In this document: piece after piece, positions 17,307-25,597 of the stretch
Position numbering within the stretch: the stretch's first letter is position 1
Layout of the letters: each line of letters begins with the position of its first letter
IMG/VR virus record: IMGVR_UViG_3300048893_000050
Location: 1 to 27,345 of that record
DNA length: 27,345 bases
Direction: 5' to 3' (one strand)
Source: a virus
Lineage: Duplodnaviria > Caudoviricetes
Made by a program: the position numbers and the translations under genes
The notes under the pieces: model-generated
Told to the model about the DNA's origin: nothing
The model's input: only the letters and a program-made list of their open reading frames with translations
Databases searched by the model: none

Positions 17307-18089
17307 TTACGGTTGATTTATTTCTAAAACAGCCAAGTTTCCAGCGGACGCACTTGTAATCCATCTCACAATGTTATTTGAGAGAAGAATTGCGTTGCCA
17401 CCGTCGCTATCACTTCTAAATCCACCTACGCGAGGATTTGAAAGTGTTGGGATCATCCTCCAATAAACTGGACTGTCCGAAGTCACATTGTTTTCAACCG
17501 TCACATATATCCTACCGCGTGTTAGGCAAGCCACCGCATCGCCTGGGATATAAGGAGCTGCACCAGCTGAACCTTGAGGACTGCCTAGGTTCATCTTGTT
17601 TTGAATGAAGACCGATACGCCGTAGAATACGTTATCATTGGAGTAAACAGTCGTCCAAGTTACCGCGCTACCTGAGCTTGTCACAAACGTAGCAGTCACG
17701 CCGAAGCCTTGTTCTGCTTGAATTGTGATCGTATCAGTACCGTTAGAAGTCGCTGAGGCAATACCATCTTGGGCAGCAATCAAAGCCGCGATAGCTGTTA
17801 AAGTAGCCGCGTTGCTTGTTGCATACACAACAGGAGTTAAGGCGATGCCATTCAAAGTAACCACGGTTGAGTTAGCTGCGCTCAATGGAGCGGAAAGCGT
17901 CACTGCTGCGATGTCTTGGTGTGGCAATCTCACCTGCATATCCTGCCCGATGATTTTAGCCAAACCGTAGCCTGGGAAAATCTGAGGTTCTATAGGAGAA
18001 ACAGGAGATAGAACGTTATTGAAGCCGATGTCATAAAGCTCACCAGCTACCCCAACATTCATTAAAAAGTTATATGATAATTGTGGCAT
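17307..18089 (-). CDS. Capsid decoration/cement protein with an inserted domain
   Basis: Located between protease and capsid genes. Y..GD.V..L.RGRI.V and terminal A.LEIN.P motifs. Confidence 0.8.
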   Translation of the reverse strand: MPQLSYNFLMNVGVAGELYDIGFNNVLSPVSPIEPQIFPGYGLAKIIGQDMQVRLPHQDIAAVTLSAPLSAANSTVVTLNGIALTPVVYATSNAATLTAIAALIAAQDGIASATSNGTDTITIQAEQGFGVTATFVTSSGSAVTWTTVYSNDNVFYGVSVFIQNKMNLGSPQGSAGAAPYIPGDAVACLTRGRIYVTVENNVTSDSPVYWRMIPTLSNPRVGGFRSDSDGGNAILLSNNIVRWITSASAGNLAVLEINQP

Positions 18090-18091
18090 GG

Positions 18092-19426
18092 TTATTTTCC
18101 TCCCATAGATTTAGGCTTCCAAGCATTTTTTTGATTTCTAATCATTGCTTTTCGAGCATCTACAGCATTGGCGCGATCTTTTTCATCTCTGTCTGGATCG
18201 CTGTCCGCTTTATAATTAGATGGAGTTGCAATGACTTTAGCGGCAGGAAGTTCTTCAATCGCTGCATCGAAACGAGCATTGATATAAACTTCGCTTTTGC
18301 CCTCTAATTGAGCATTTGGCTGAAGAGATTTGATTAAGCATTTTTTGAGTTCAACATCGCTTAACGCATCCATTCTCAATAAAGTATTTCTATCGAGATA
18401 TCGCTCTGAAATTTTTTCGAGCTTTACTCTGTTTTTCACCCGACGATCAACCTCCGCAGCATCAACTTTTGAAACATGCGGAAGATCGTGCGGATAGTGT
18501 TCGTTCTTAGGTGACATCACCACATGATTCTCCATGTTAGAGGGTTTTTCATAATCTTTAACGTGAGATTGCATCCCATAGCTATCTACAGGGTCTTTCT
18601 CTTCTTTCCCATTAGAACCGATTTCATCGTTTTCTAATGGATGATGAACCGCTTCAGGATCATGGTGGTCTTTATCCCGAAGACTATCACGCTCCGCCAT
18701 CATTTTTTCATGCTCATCTTTCAGCGCCATATGCTTGCCCATTAGGTCTTGGTGTTGTTTCATCAACGCCTCGAACTTATTGGCAGCATCGTCTTCGAGC
18801 AAGTACTCTTCTGCATCAATTTTAACTTTTCTTTTGTTAGCCACTTCGGCCTCCTCTTTTAAGATTTCCTCTGCGTCGTCACCATCTAGCGCAATCCTGG
18901 CTTCAGGCCCTGCTCTAGCTTGATCGACTAAAGCGAGATGATTATAACGAATATTAGTTTGCCTATATTCGTAAGGTTCACCATAATAGGTACCTGAATC
19001 TGGAATCAAATCAACCGTATAACCTAATGACAATTCATTTTTACGCTTGTCTTTGATTTCTTGGACAGCATCTTTATCAGTGACCAACAAATTAGCTACT
19101 ATATAAGGGAGCTGTTGCTCTACCAATTCGCCTGTATATCCTATAGCAAGTTTTTTAGCATTATCGGCGTTGACTAATCTTTCAGAAGGATGGCCGTTAA
19201 CCACAGGAATCATCTTTATTGATTCCAAACTTTCTGGCATTAAAACATCGTCAGGATGTCTCAATTCTTTTCTTATCGTACCGTCAGCATTTTTATAAAG
19301 GAAAACACCGCAACGAGTGACAATGGCGCGAGCTTTGACATAACCTTCTTGGGTAATTTCGGTTTCGCCAGGCACTATGCCTTTGTCGTATCTAGCGAGA
19401 CTTGTAAGCGTCGTATTTTTTAGCAT
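18092..19426 (-). CDS. Prohead protease/scaffold, DUF2213-like
   Basis: R.G.F.Y, E.R.P..V, HP, ELS.GY and Q..I.YNHLALV..ARAGP.ARI motifs, followed by a coiled-coil/acidic scaffold region. Confidence 0.92.
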   Translation of the reverse strand: MLKNTTLTSLARYDKGIVPGETEITQEGYVKARAIVTRCGVFLYKNADGTIRKELRHPDDVLMPESLESIKMIPVVNGHPSERLVNADNAKKLAIGYTGELVEQQLPYIVANLLVTDKDAVQEIKDKRKNELSLGYTVDLIPDSGTYYGEPYEYRQTNIRYNHLALVDQARAGPEARIALDGDDAEEILKEEAEVANKRKVKIDAEEYLLEDDAANKFEALMKQHQDLMGKHMALKDEHEKMMAERDSLRDKDHHDPEAVHHPLENDEIGSNGKEEKDPVDSYGMQSHVKDYEKPSNMENHVVMSPKNEHYPHDLPHVSKVDAAEVDRRVKNRVKLEKISERYLDRNTLLRMDALSDVELKKCLIKSLQPNAQLEGKSEVYINARFDAAIEELPAAKVIATPSNYKADSDPDRDEKDRANAVDARKAMIRNQKNAWKPKSMGGK

Positions 19427-19676
19427 CTAAACCTTCGCGCTCTTTGTGCCGTTCTTTAAGTGCAGGATATTTTTGATAGACTTTTTCTTTGATTCCTTCG
19501 GGATTTTTGGCAAAATGGGCTCGTGCCAAGGCATTCCTGCCTCTAGCCAAGGTATTAATCGGGAATGTTTTATCGGGTCCTGCAAAATTAGAACCCTTAA
19601 CGCCCGAATATTTTCCAGCATTTGATTCACCGGGCTTTTTCCTTATTTCACTTATATTTTCTGCAATTGACATCAT
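19392..19676 (-). CDS. Small basic protein with FAGPDKTFPI...RNALARA motif (possibly DUF6582-like); 5' end uncertain
   Basis: The C-terminal half of the 19392-19799 ORF fills the gap between MuF and the protease and looks like a real domain. No clear SD before ATG 19676/19673. Confidence 0.55.
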   Translation of the reverse strand: MMSIAENISEIRKKPGESNAGKYSGVKGSNFAGPDKTFPINTLARGRNALARAHFAKNPEGIKEKVYQKYPALKERHKEREGLDAKKYDAYKSR

Positions 19677-20457
19677 GACCGGGATGGCCAGTTTTTGCAG
19701 GAGGATCATCCCATCTAAACTTTTTGCCATCATTTGCTCTATGTGTTGCCCTGACTCGCTCGTCGCCTGACGTTTGCCATATGTATTCTTCAACGCCAAC
19801 TTCTTCTTGCCTTAGTTTTGTCAAACTTGCATTTAATTTGGTAGTTTGATCTCTCGCTATCAACTTAGCACGTCGGTGAGTAATTCCAAAAGATTTTTGA
19901 ATACTTCTGCTTATATCAGTAAACCTCTCCCCCTGTTGAAGTCCCCGCTCGATTTCTCCTGCAACTCTCTCAAGCTCCTCTTCTGGCAATGACTTAATGA
20001 GTTGGGCGTTTTGAGAAGCAAAGAGACTGAGTTGATCGCTAAGCCAAGGTTCATCGACAAAAATATCAAAACCAAAAATGGAATTATTGAGTTTTTCTGA
20101 TTGTTTTTTGTTGAATTTTGCAATTTCTACTCCTATAACGTCAGCCCCTAATATCGTAAGACTTACTTTATCCTGTATAGCTTTGCCTATGTAAATAATC
20201 AATCCTTTTAATCTATCCAAATATGCGTCATTTCGATCATTTGGAGTTTTACTTTGAACTTCGGCGATCATGGAAGGAATTTCAGGAATTAATATTTCTT
20301 TAATTAATTTCTTTAAATCATTAGTTAAAGAATAAAGTAGCTTGTCGTATTGTCTTTCGGGATTGAGGGGGAATAACCATTTCGGAGGAACTTTCGCCTT
20401 CCGTTTTATCCCCTTTGCTTTCCTCATTTCGAGTTGAATTTGAAACTCTTTTCTCAT
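19648..20457 (-). CDS. Head morphogenesis protein (SPP1 gp7/Mu gpF family), C-terminus apparently truncated
   Basis: RA.LIARDQT.KLN, Y.W.TSGDERVR..H and GHPG.D.NCR motifs. The expected second Cys is absent. Confidence 0.88.
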   Translation of the reverse strand: MRKEFQIQLEMRKAKGIKRKAKVPPKWLFPLNPERQYDKLLYSLTNDLKKLIKEILIPEIPSMIAEVQSKTPNDRNDAYLDRLKGLIIYIGKAIQDKVSLTILGADVIGVEIAKFNKKQSEKLNNSIFGFDIFVDEPWLSDQLSLFASQNAQLIKSLPEEELERVAGEIERGLQQGERFTDISRSIQKSFGITHRRAKLIARDQTTKLNASLTKLRQEEVGVEEYIWQTSGDERVRATHRANDGKKFRWDDPPAKTGHPGHDVNCRKYK

Positions 20458-21968
20458 TAGAACGAACTCGCTGGCGATCTAGGTAATCCTGTTCCCATGT
20501 AATTCGGACCTTGGGTGACTTCTGGCCCTGTGTTAGCTTTTTTCTCTTCTTCAAGCATTGCGATTTCGTCTTTATCAGGGTTATTTTTTTCCCTCATTTT
20601 TTCATCAATCTCTGTATTCATGCTCCATTTGTTGCCGCCAAATCGAGAGATTGCCACTTCGTCAGGAGTTAACACGCCACGATCAATATAAATCGCGTCA
20701 GTTTCGGCCACTGATCTTCGAGTGAGTGCGTCTTGTTCTTCGGTGTTTTGCCATAATGGCACGAATTGGAGCGACCAATACTCTGGTTCGACTCCATTAA
20801 ACGGCCCATCTTTGGAAATCATTATATACCGAATAAGCTTCTCAAGTACGCCACGAAGCTTAGATTCTTGTTCTGTCTTAATTGCGTCATAGAAATTGCG
20901 GACATCAGATTCACCAGTCGCGTTAAGACCAGCTGGACTTCTTCCGAAAAGTAAAGAAACAGGTATTCTAGACACAGCTGACAAAGCAAGCATGAAGCGA
21001 TCAATAAGATCGGCCACGCCAGAGACATTAGTCGTTTGCTTTTCGTAGGTTTCTTCTCCATCTAACAGCATTGTATTGGTTGTAGATTTGGATAGGTTGA
21101 GAATATTAAGACGCTTCAAAACGTTCTGGTCACCACATTGTGAGGCCATAATCGCGGTAAGATTTGGGATCTTCAAAACTCCGTTTACGAAGTCTTCCAT
21201 CATCGTCGCAGTATGACTGAAGGCAGTGGAGTAATTCCGAAGCTCTTCATAAATCGTCTGAACGAGAGGATCGCCCCAACCTTGGTTAAAGTTCTGCCAT
21301 CTTGGGGGGAGGATGTTCCAGTCCATACGTAGAATCCGACTGTAATGCACAAAAAATACCGCTCCTGTTCTGTTGTCATTAACGGTATAGACGTTCGGAA
21401 ATCCGTAGTTCGGGGAGTTGAGGTCTGACTCAAACGTCCCATCTCTTGAATAGCATTGATAACGGTCAAAGACCCTGAGCCACTGAACATCCCTAATCCC
21501 CTTTTCATCGACTGGTTGATCTAAAGGAAGGCCGTCAGCAATGCCCATAATACAAACAGCACCGCCGAATAACCTAGCCCACTTAATAAGATTTCCCATT
21601 GCCTCATTGACTTTAAGCTCCTCAAGTTTGCCTATGATTTTACCCTCGGAATCTCCTTCGAGTTCCCATCCTTGCCTAAGCATTTCTTGGGCGAATATAT
21701 CAATAATCAATCGCAAAACACCGTCAGAACGATACATTTGATCTAGTTCGGAGCGGTTGAATATGTTTGTTATTCTAAAGAATGCGTTCTGTTTTTTGTC
21801 TCTGCCACAGATACCTAGTCCTGTCAATACGTTCATCCATCCGTCACCGCGGATAAAATTGTCGTTATTGACCTGTTTCACTTTCCCGATTAAGTGTTTT
21901 TGCTCTTGGATATACGTCAGTGGAGCGTAACCTGCTGCATCGGCTTTAACTAATCCTTTTTCTTGCAT
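20457..21968 (-). CDS. Portal protein, DUF1073-like
   Basis: WARLFGG, H.SR, IP.S.LFG.SP.GLNATGESD..N.YD and F.PLW motifs. Follows TerL. Confidence 0.93.
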   Translation of the reverse strand: MQEKGLVKADAAGYAPLTYIQEQKHLIGKVKQVNNDNFIRGDGWMNVLTGLGICGRDKKQNAFFRITNIFNRSELDQMYRSDGVLRLIIDIFAQEMLRQGWELEGDSEGKIIGKLEELKVNEAMGNLIKWARLFGGAVCIMGIADGLPLDQPVDEKGIRDVQWLRVFDRYQCYSRDGTFESDLNSPNYGFPNVYTVNDNRTGAVFFVHYSRILRMDWNILPPRWQNFNQGWGDPLVQTIYEELRNYSTAFSHTATMMEDFVNGVLKIPNLTAIMASQCGDQNVLKRLNILNLSKSTTNTMLLDGEETYEKQTTNVSGVADLIDRFMLALSAVSRIPVSLLFGRSPAGLNATGESDVRNFYDAIKTEQESKLRGVLEKLIRYIMISKDGPFNGVEPEYWSLQFVPLWQNTEEQDALTRRSVAETDAIYIDRGVLTPDEVAISRFGGNKWSMNTEIDEKMREKNNPDKDEIAMLEEEKKANTGPEVTQGPNYMGTGLPRSPASSF

Positions 21969-21976
21969 AATACCTC

Positions 21977-23332
21977 TTACATTTTGACTAACGCTTCAAA
22001 GTCGTAATTATCTTCCGTCAACATCCCGAAAGCTCCACTTAGAGCGTCGACTATGTCATCGTGTACTCCTTCAGGGAAATTTTCAAGTTCTCTGAAAAAG
22101 TCTTCGTTCCAATGTCCTCTTAAGACTCTAATGTTTCCTGCTTCCGCTTGCGCTGATACTGGGCTGGCTCGCGTGACTTTATCTTTTTGCACCTTATATG
22201 GCTTGACTGGAAAACCGCTGAGCATACGGATGAGGAGATCGACTTCCGAAACGCCTGCTTGGCCTGGGTCTTGTTCGATACCAATTTTAGTAAAATTTCC
22301 ATCCTGTATAGCCATATTTTTAATTGCAGTTTGCACTTGTAAAGGGCTTTCTTGCAATCGTACAATGTCAGTTACATAAAATATTCCGTTTCTGTCCTTT
22401 GCCATTTTAAGACCGACAGTGTAATCGGGATCATTTGTTTCCGTCTTTTTAGTTGCTGCCCTATCCCAATATCTAACAAATGTAAGATTCCTTGGCAAAA
22501 CATCAATGACTTGGAAATAATTTCTTTGAAAAAACATTCCAGCAGTTGGTCTAATATTCCAATTACCAAATAATAATTGTTCTCGCTCGAATCTTGGTAA
22601 TGCTTGTAAATTAGCTAAATAGTCTGGGTTAGTTTCCAATAATATTTTATTATCATAGACATTAGAAGCGATAAAAGAAACGCTTTTGGGTAAACAATCT
22701 GGGAATTTGTCTTTTAAATCTTCTTTACTATTCGCCCAATGTGTTTCATCGCCCACGACCACAAACCATCTAATTCGGCCTGAACGCTCCAAAATGGCAT
22801 AACCTGTCTCGTTGTCAATCCACCAGTCGATGAATTTCCTTACCCATGAATCTGGGTCTGGGTTGGTGGTTGCCCTGATATATGGTTTAACGCCACACAA
22901 TGAACGATTACGCGATAGCATGTAGACGAATTGACCCCAAGTAAAGTGCGTTAACTCGTCGAATCCTATCAAGGCTATTTGCGAGCCTTGCCATGAATAT
23001 TTGTCTTGTTCCATATCCATGTGAGCAAATTTTACGACTGAACCGCAGGGAAAGTCCCATTCCATAGAAGAGATTTTTGGAATTCCTTTGAACTTCATAA
23101 ATAATTCTGCCGCTGTGTCCCATAAACCGCCTGGGTTTCTGACTTGATTGGCGTTTTTTCTAAAGATCACGGCTGAAAACCCTGGAGTTTTGTAATGCCA
23201 CAACGCTTCCAATAACAAAGCGTAGGTCTTACCGCCTCCTGCTGCGCCACCATATATGACAATATCGGCATCGCAAGCGAGGAAATCCATTTGAGGGCCT
23301 TCTTGAGGCCGAATTCTCTTTTCAACCAACAT
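21977..23332 (-). CDS. terL: Terminase large subunit
   Basis: Walker A GGAAGGGKT, Walker B IGFDE, ATTNP motif, and C-terminal nuclease R.WD.A and HDD.VDA motifs. Confidence 0.96.
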   Translation of the reverse strand: MLVEKRIRPQEGPQMDFLACDADIVIYGGAAGGGKTYALLLEALWHYKTPGFSAVIFRKNANQVRNPGGLWDTAAELFMKFKGIPKISSMEWDFPCGSVVKFAHMDMEQDKYSWQGSQIALIGFDELTHFTWGQFVYMLSRNRSLCGVKPYIRATTNPDPDSWVRKFIDWWIDNETGYAILERSGRIRWFVVVGDETHWANSKEDLKDKFPDCLPKSVSFIASNVYDNKILLETNPDYLANLQALPRFEREQLLFGNWNIRPTAGMFFQRNYFQVIDVLPRNLTFVRYWDRAATKKTETNDPDYTVGLKMAKDRNGIFYVTDIVRLQESPLQVQTAIKNMAIQDGNFTKIGIEQDPGQAGVSEVDLLIRMLSGFPVKPYKVQKDKVTRASPVSAQAEAGNIRVLRGHWNEDFFRELENFPEGVHDDIVDALSGAFGMLTEDNYDFEALVKM

Positions 23333-23754
23333 TATCTATGTCCATTGTCAGGTAAATCTAAAATTGTTCTTTCAGTCACTTCTTCGGTTTTCTCTATTTT
23401 TTGGACTGTTTGATCAGTTTGTCCAAGTATATTCTTACCCAAAAATATAGCCATACCAGCGTTTTTCTCAGCCAATTTGAATTGAGTGCGTCTTAAACTG
23501 GCTTTGCCATGACACATAAAATCTTGATAAGCTTTTTGAAATGTCTTCCCAAACTCACGCTTGCACCATTTATCTAACGTGCGTTGATGCGTGTTCAATA
23601 TGGCTTCGATTTCGTCTACGGTGCATAAAGCACGGCAAAGGTTCTCAAATATCTTCGGGTCAAAATCCCTTTCAGGACGGCCTACAGTTCCCTTTTTACC
23701 CAATTTAGAATCTTGTTCTGTTCTTACTGTTGGCGTTGGCGGTCGTTTACTCAT
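23332..23754 (-). CDS. terS: Terminase small subunit
   Basis: GRP plus HTH-like region, SLRR.Q...A...N..M.IFLGKN.LGQ.D motif and terminal LPDNG.R. TAATG-coupled to TerL. Confidence 0.85.
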   Translation of the reverse strand: MSKRPPTPTVRTEQDSKLGKKGTVGRPERDFDPKIFENLCRALCTVDEIEAILNTHQRTLDKWCKREFGKTFQKAYQDFMCHGKASLRRTQFKLAEKNAGMAIFLGKNILGQTDQTVQKIEKTEEVTERTILDLPDNGHR

Positions 23755-24224
23755 GCTTTACCTACAAATTCCCATGAAGTCGTAAAACGGTTCTTGGAAT
23801 CACCTCCAAGCCCAATTCCTGTTTTGGAATTATTGACTTGTCGGCCTTGATGGCAACATATCCAATTCTTGTTTTTCTTATGCGAAGCAATGCGAGCAGG
23901 ATGGCTTGTTGTTTCACGATATCGTTTTCCAGCTGCGACGTACATTTTAGCTATTTCATCCGTCATAATGCGTCCAAGACCAATTCCTTGATATTCTGGC
24001 AACACCACCAAACGATGGGTTTTGTAAACGTTCTTAGCTTTTGGGTGAGGAAAGAATATGACAGAAACAAAGGCACACGGTCTGCCATCAATCAACCCAA
24101 GATAGCATTCAACGTTATTCGCTAAGGAATGGCTCAAATAGTGATAATCTTTGAAAGCATTCCAAACCTTCCTTTCACAGGAGCGAATCTCGAAGGATAG
24201 ATTCGGTCTTTTTTTTTTGAGTCC
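23751..24224 (-). CDS. GNAT acetyltransferase domain, probably expressed as a -1 frameshift fusion with the upstream ATPase
   Basis: Acetyl-CoA motif HRLVVLPEYQGIGLG. The frame is open up to 24224 and reads KKKRPNLSFEIRSCERKVWNAFKDYHYLSHSL. The only annotated start is a weak TTG at 24137. Confidence 0.85.
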   Translation of the reverse strand, partial: GLKKKRPNLSFEIRSCERKVWNAFKDYHYLSHSLANNVECYLGLIDGRPCAFVSVIFFPHPKAKNVYKTHRLVVLPEYQGIGLGRIMTDEIAKMYVAAGKRYRETTSHPARIASHKKNKNWICCHQGRQVNNSKTGIGLGGDSKNRFTTSWEFVGKA

Positions 24225-24829
24225 CTAAACTCCTTTAAATCCATGTCTAAGACCCAGTCAGGCTCAAGCCATTCTTCCACGTCATGATGGCAAGTGACGG
24301 CCACAAATTGCTTGTGTTTTTTCCTAAATGCCTTTGCAACCGAATGACTGACCACTTTGGCGACTTGCCTATCGACTACCGAAGTGAATTCATCGAACAC
24401 GATTAAGTTTTCGACGTTCAACAAACAGAAAGCGATGTCAGCACGCATCTTTTGACCTGTAGAGAGGTATTGATAAGGCGTGATCCATTCAGGCGTGCTA
24501 CCCATGCCTACGTGCGTTAATGCGTTGATGATGTCCTGCATATCATGCGATCCCATGGCTTCAACGAGCGGCACTTCGACGTTTGAAAGCACTCGATCTT
24601 GATAGACCGTACCGAAAATATGGCGAGCAATTAAGCTTTTTCCTGAACCAGAATTGCCCACGATCAATCCAATTTGCCATTCATTGGGGAATTTGAACTC
24701 AAATTTCCAAGATTTTTCGTAAATTTTGACGTCTAAATCGTATCTATCCCTGACCCACTTGCTATTAAAGTGGTTCGATTCCGGTAATCGTTTGCTTATG
24801 TTGATTTTTACAGTGTCAAGAGTCGGCAC
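24134..24829 (-). CDS. Soluble ABC-type ATPase
   Basis: Walker A GNSGSGKS, signature LSTGQ, Walker B IVFDE and H-loop TCHHD. No membrane permease nearby. Confidence 0.92.
   Translation of the reverse strand: MPTLDTVKINISKRLPESNHFNSKWVRDRYDLDVKIYEKSWKFEFKFPNEWQIGLIVGNSGSGKSLIARHIFGTVYQDRVLSNVEVPLVEAMGSHDMQDIINALTHVGMGSTPEWITPYQYLSTGQKMRADIAFCLLNVENLIVFDEFTSVVDRQVAKVVSHSVAKAFRKKHKQFVAVTCHHDVEEWLEPDWVLDMDLKEFRDSKKKDRIYPSRFAPVKGRFGMLSKIITI
24184..24235 (-). promoter_or_regulatory. Candidate -1 programmed frameshift signal (internal SD, A10 run, 3' hairpin)
   Basis: The minus strand reads AAGGAG, 11 nt, A10 (24218-24209), GAC, then CGAATCT-8 nt-AGATTCG. Confidence 0.7.
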
Positions 24830-25368
24830 GTAAGCCCCCTCTGTTGCAATTCCTCATAGAGTTCTCTTTGCTGTTCTTCGGTTTCGCAAGTAACTTCAAT
24901 TGCCAGTTTTTCTTCTGGGTCAATGCCTTCGACTTCCTCGTCTTCCTCGCTGCCTTGCCCAAATTCGGCTCGTGTCCAGCCTATTTCTTCAAGAAAGTCT
25001 TCTTCCCAATGACTCGAAAGCATGTCTTGGTCAAAATCGCCAGTGACCTTGTTTGACGTGAGCAAATAATCGTCCACGTGTTCTTGGTCGAGTTGGAAAT
25101 CAGGTACCCTCACTTCTATTTCGCGGTCTTCCCATCCCAAAGCCTTCATCGTCCTAATGCGTTGGTGACCTGCTATAATCATGCCATCAAGATTGACAAC
25201 GCAAAGCTCGACGTAATCGTGCTTCTCAAACGACCGTTTCAGCTTCTCCGCCATGAACTTGGTCAATATTCTCGGGTTGTAAGGATGATCCTTCAACTCC
25301 GCTATTTTCCTCGTTTGAGTCGACCATATCGGTTTTCGTTTCTGTTCGCTCGGTTTCTTTTTCGCCAT
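24808..25368 (-). CDS. ParB/Srx N-terminal domain protein
   Basis: HPYNPR and IIAGHQR motifs, an acidic linker and a small C-terminal domain (V.CE.EEQQ.ELYEEL..RG..C.LL). Confidence 0.88.
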   Translation of the reverse strand: MAKKKPSEQKRKPIWSTQTRKIAELKDHPYNPRILTKFMAEKLKRSFEKHDYVELCVVNLDGMIIAGHQRIRTMKALGWEDREIEVRVPDFQLDQEHVDDYLLTSNKVTGDFDQDMLSSHWEEDFLEEIGWTRAEFGQGSEEDEEVEGIDPEEKLAIEVTCETEEQQRELYEELQQRGLTCRLLTL

Positions 25369-25597
25369 TCTTTTTCTCCTGTTCTTCCTTGTATTTCAAG
25401 GCTTGGGCTAAGTTATAATTCTTAACAACTCTTATCATATCGGTTGTTAGTTTTTCAAACGTTTCAGGAGTCATTTTAACTTGGAAAATACAGCGTTTTT
25501 CTTCGAGCCATGCCAAGACAAAAAGGTTAGTCACGTCATCAAATCCCAGAGTCATTCTCAAAGAGTCATTATCGTTTTGAGCGATGTCTTCAATCAT
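25226..25597 (-). CDS. Hypothetical protein
   Basis: SD GGAGG and ATGA coupling to the upstream gene. The 3' end overlaps the ParB-like gene by 143 nt. Confidence 0.6.
   Translation of the reverse strand: MIEDIAQNDNDSLRMTLGFDDVTNLFVLAWLEEKRCIFQVKMTPETFEKLTTDMIRVVKNYNLAQALKYKEEQEKKNGEKETERTETKTDMVDSNEENSGVEGSSLQPENIDQVHGGEAETVV

Noticed and set aside
19677-19799. N-terminal part of the 135-aa ORF 19392-19799
   Set aside because: It is an alternative frame over the conserved MuF core. Only the part downstream of about 19676 looks coding.
20457-21968. Possible anti-CBASS Acb1 label sometimes attached to DUF1073 proteins
   Set aside because: Position after TerL and the motifs indicate a plain portal. 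No appended phosphoesterase domain is visible.
24134-24829. ABC transporter
   Set aside because: No transmembrane partner is present and the ATPase is linked to a GNAT domain.
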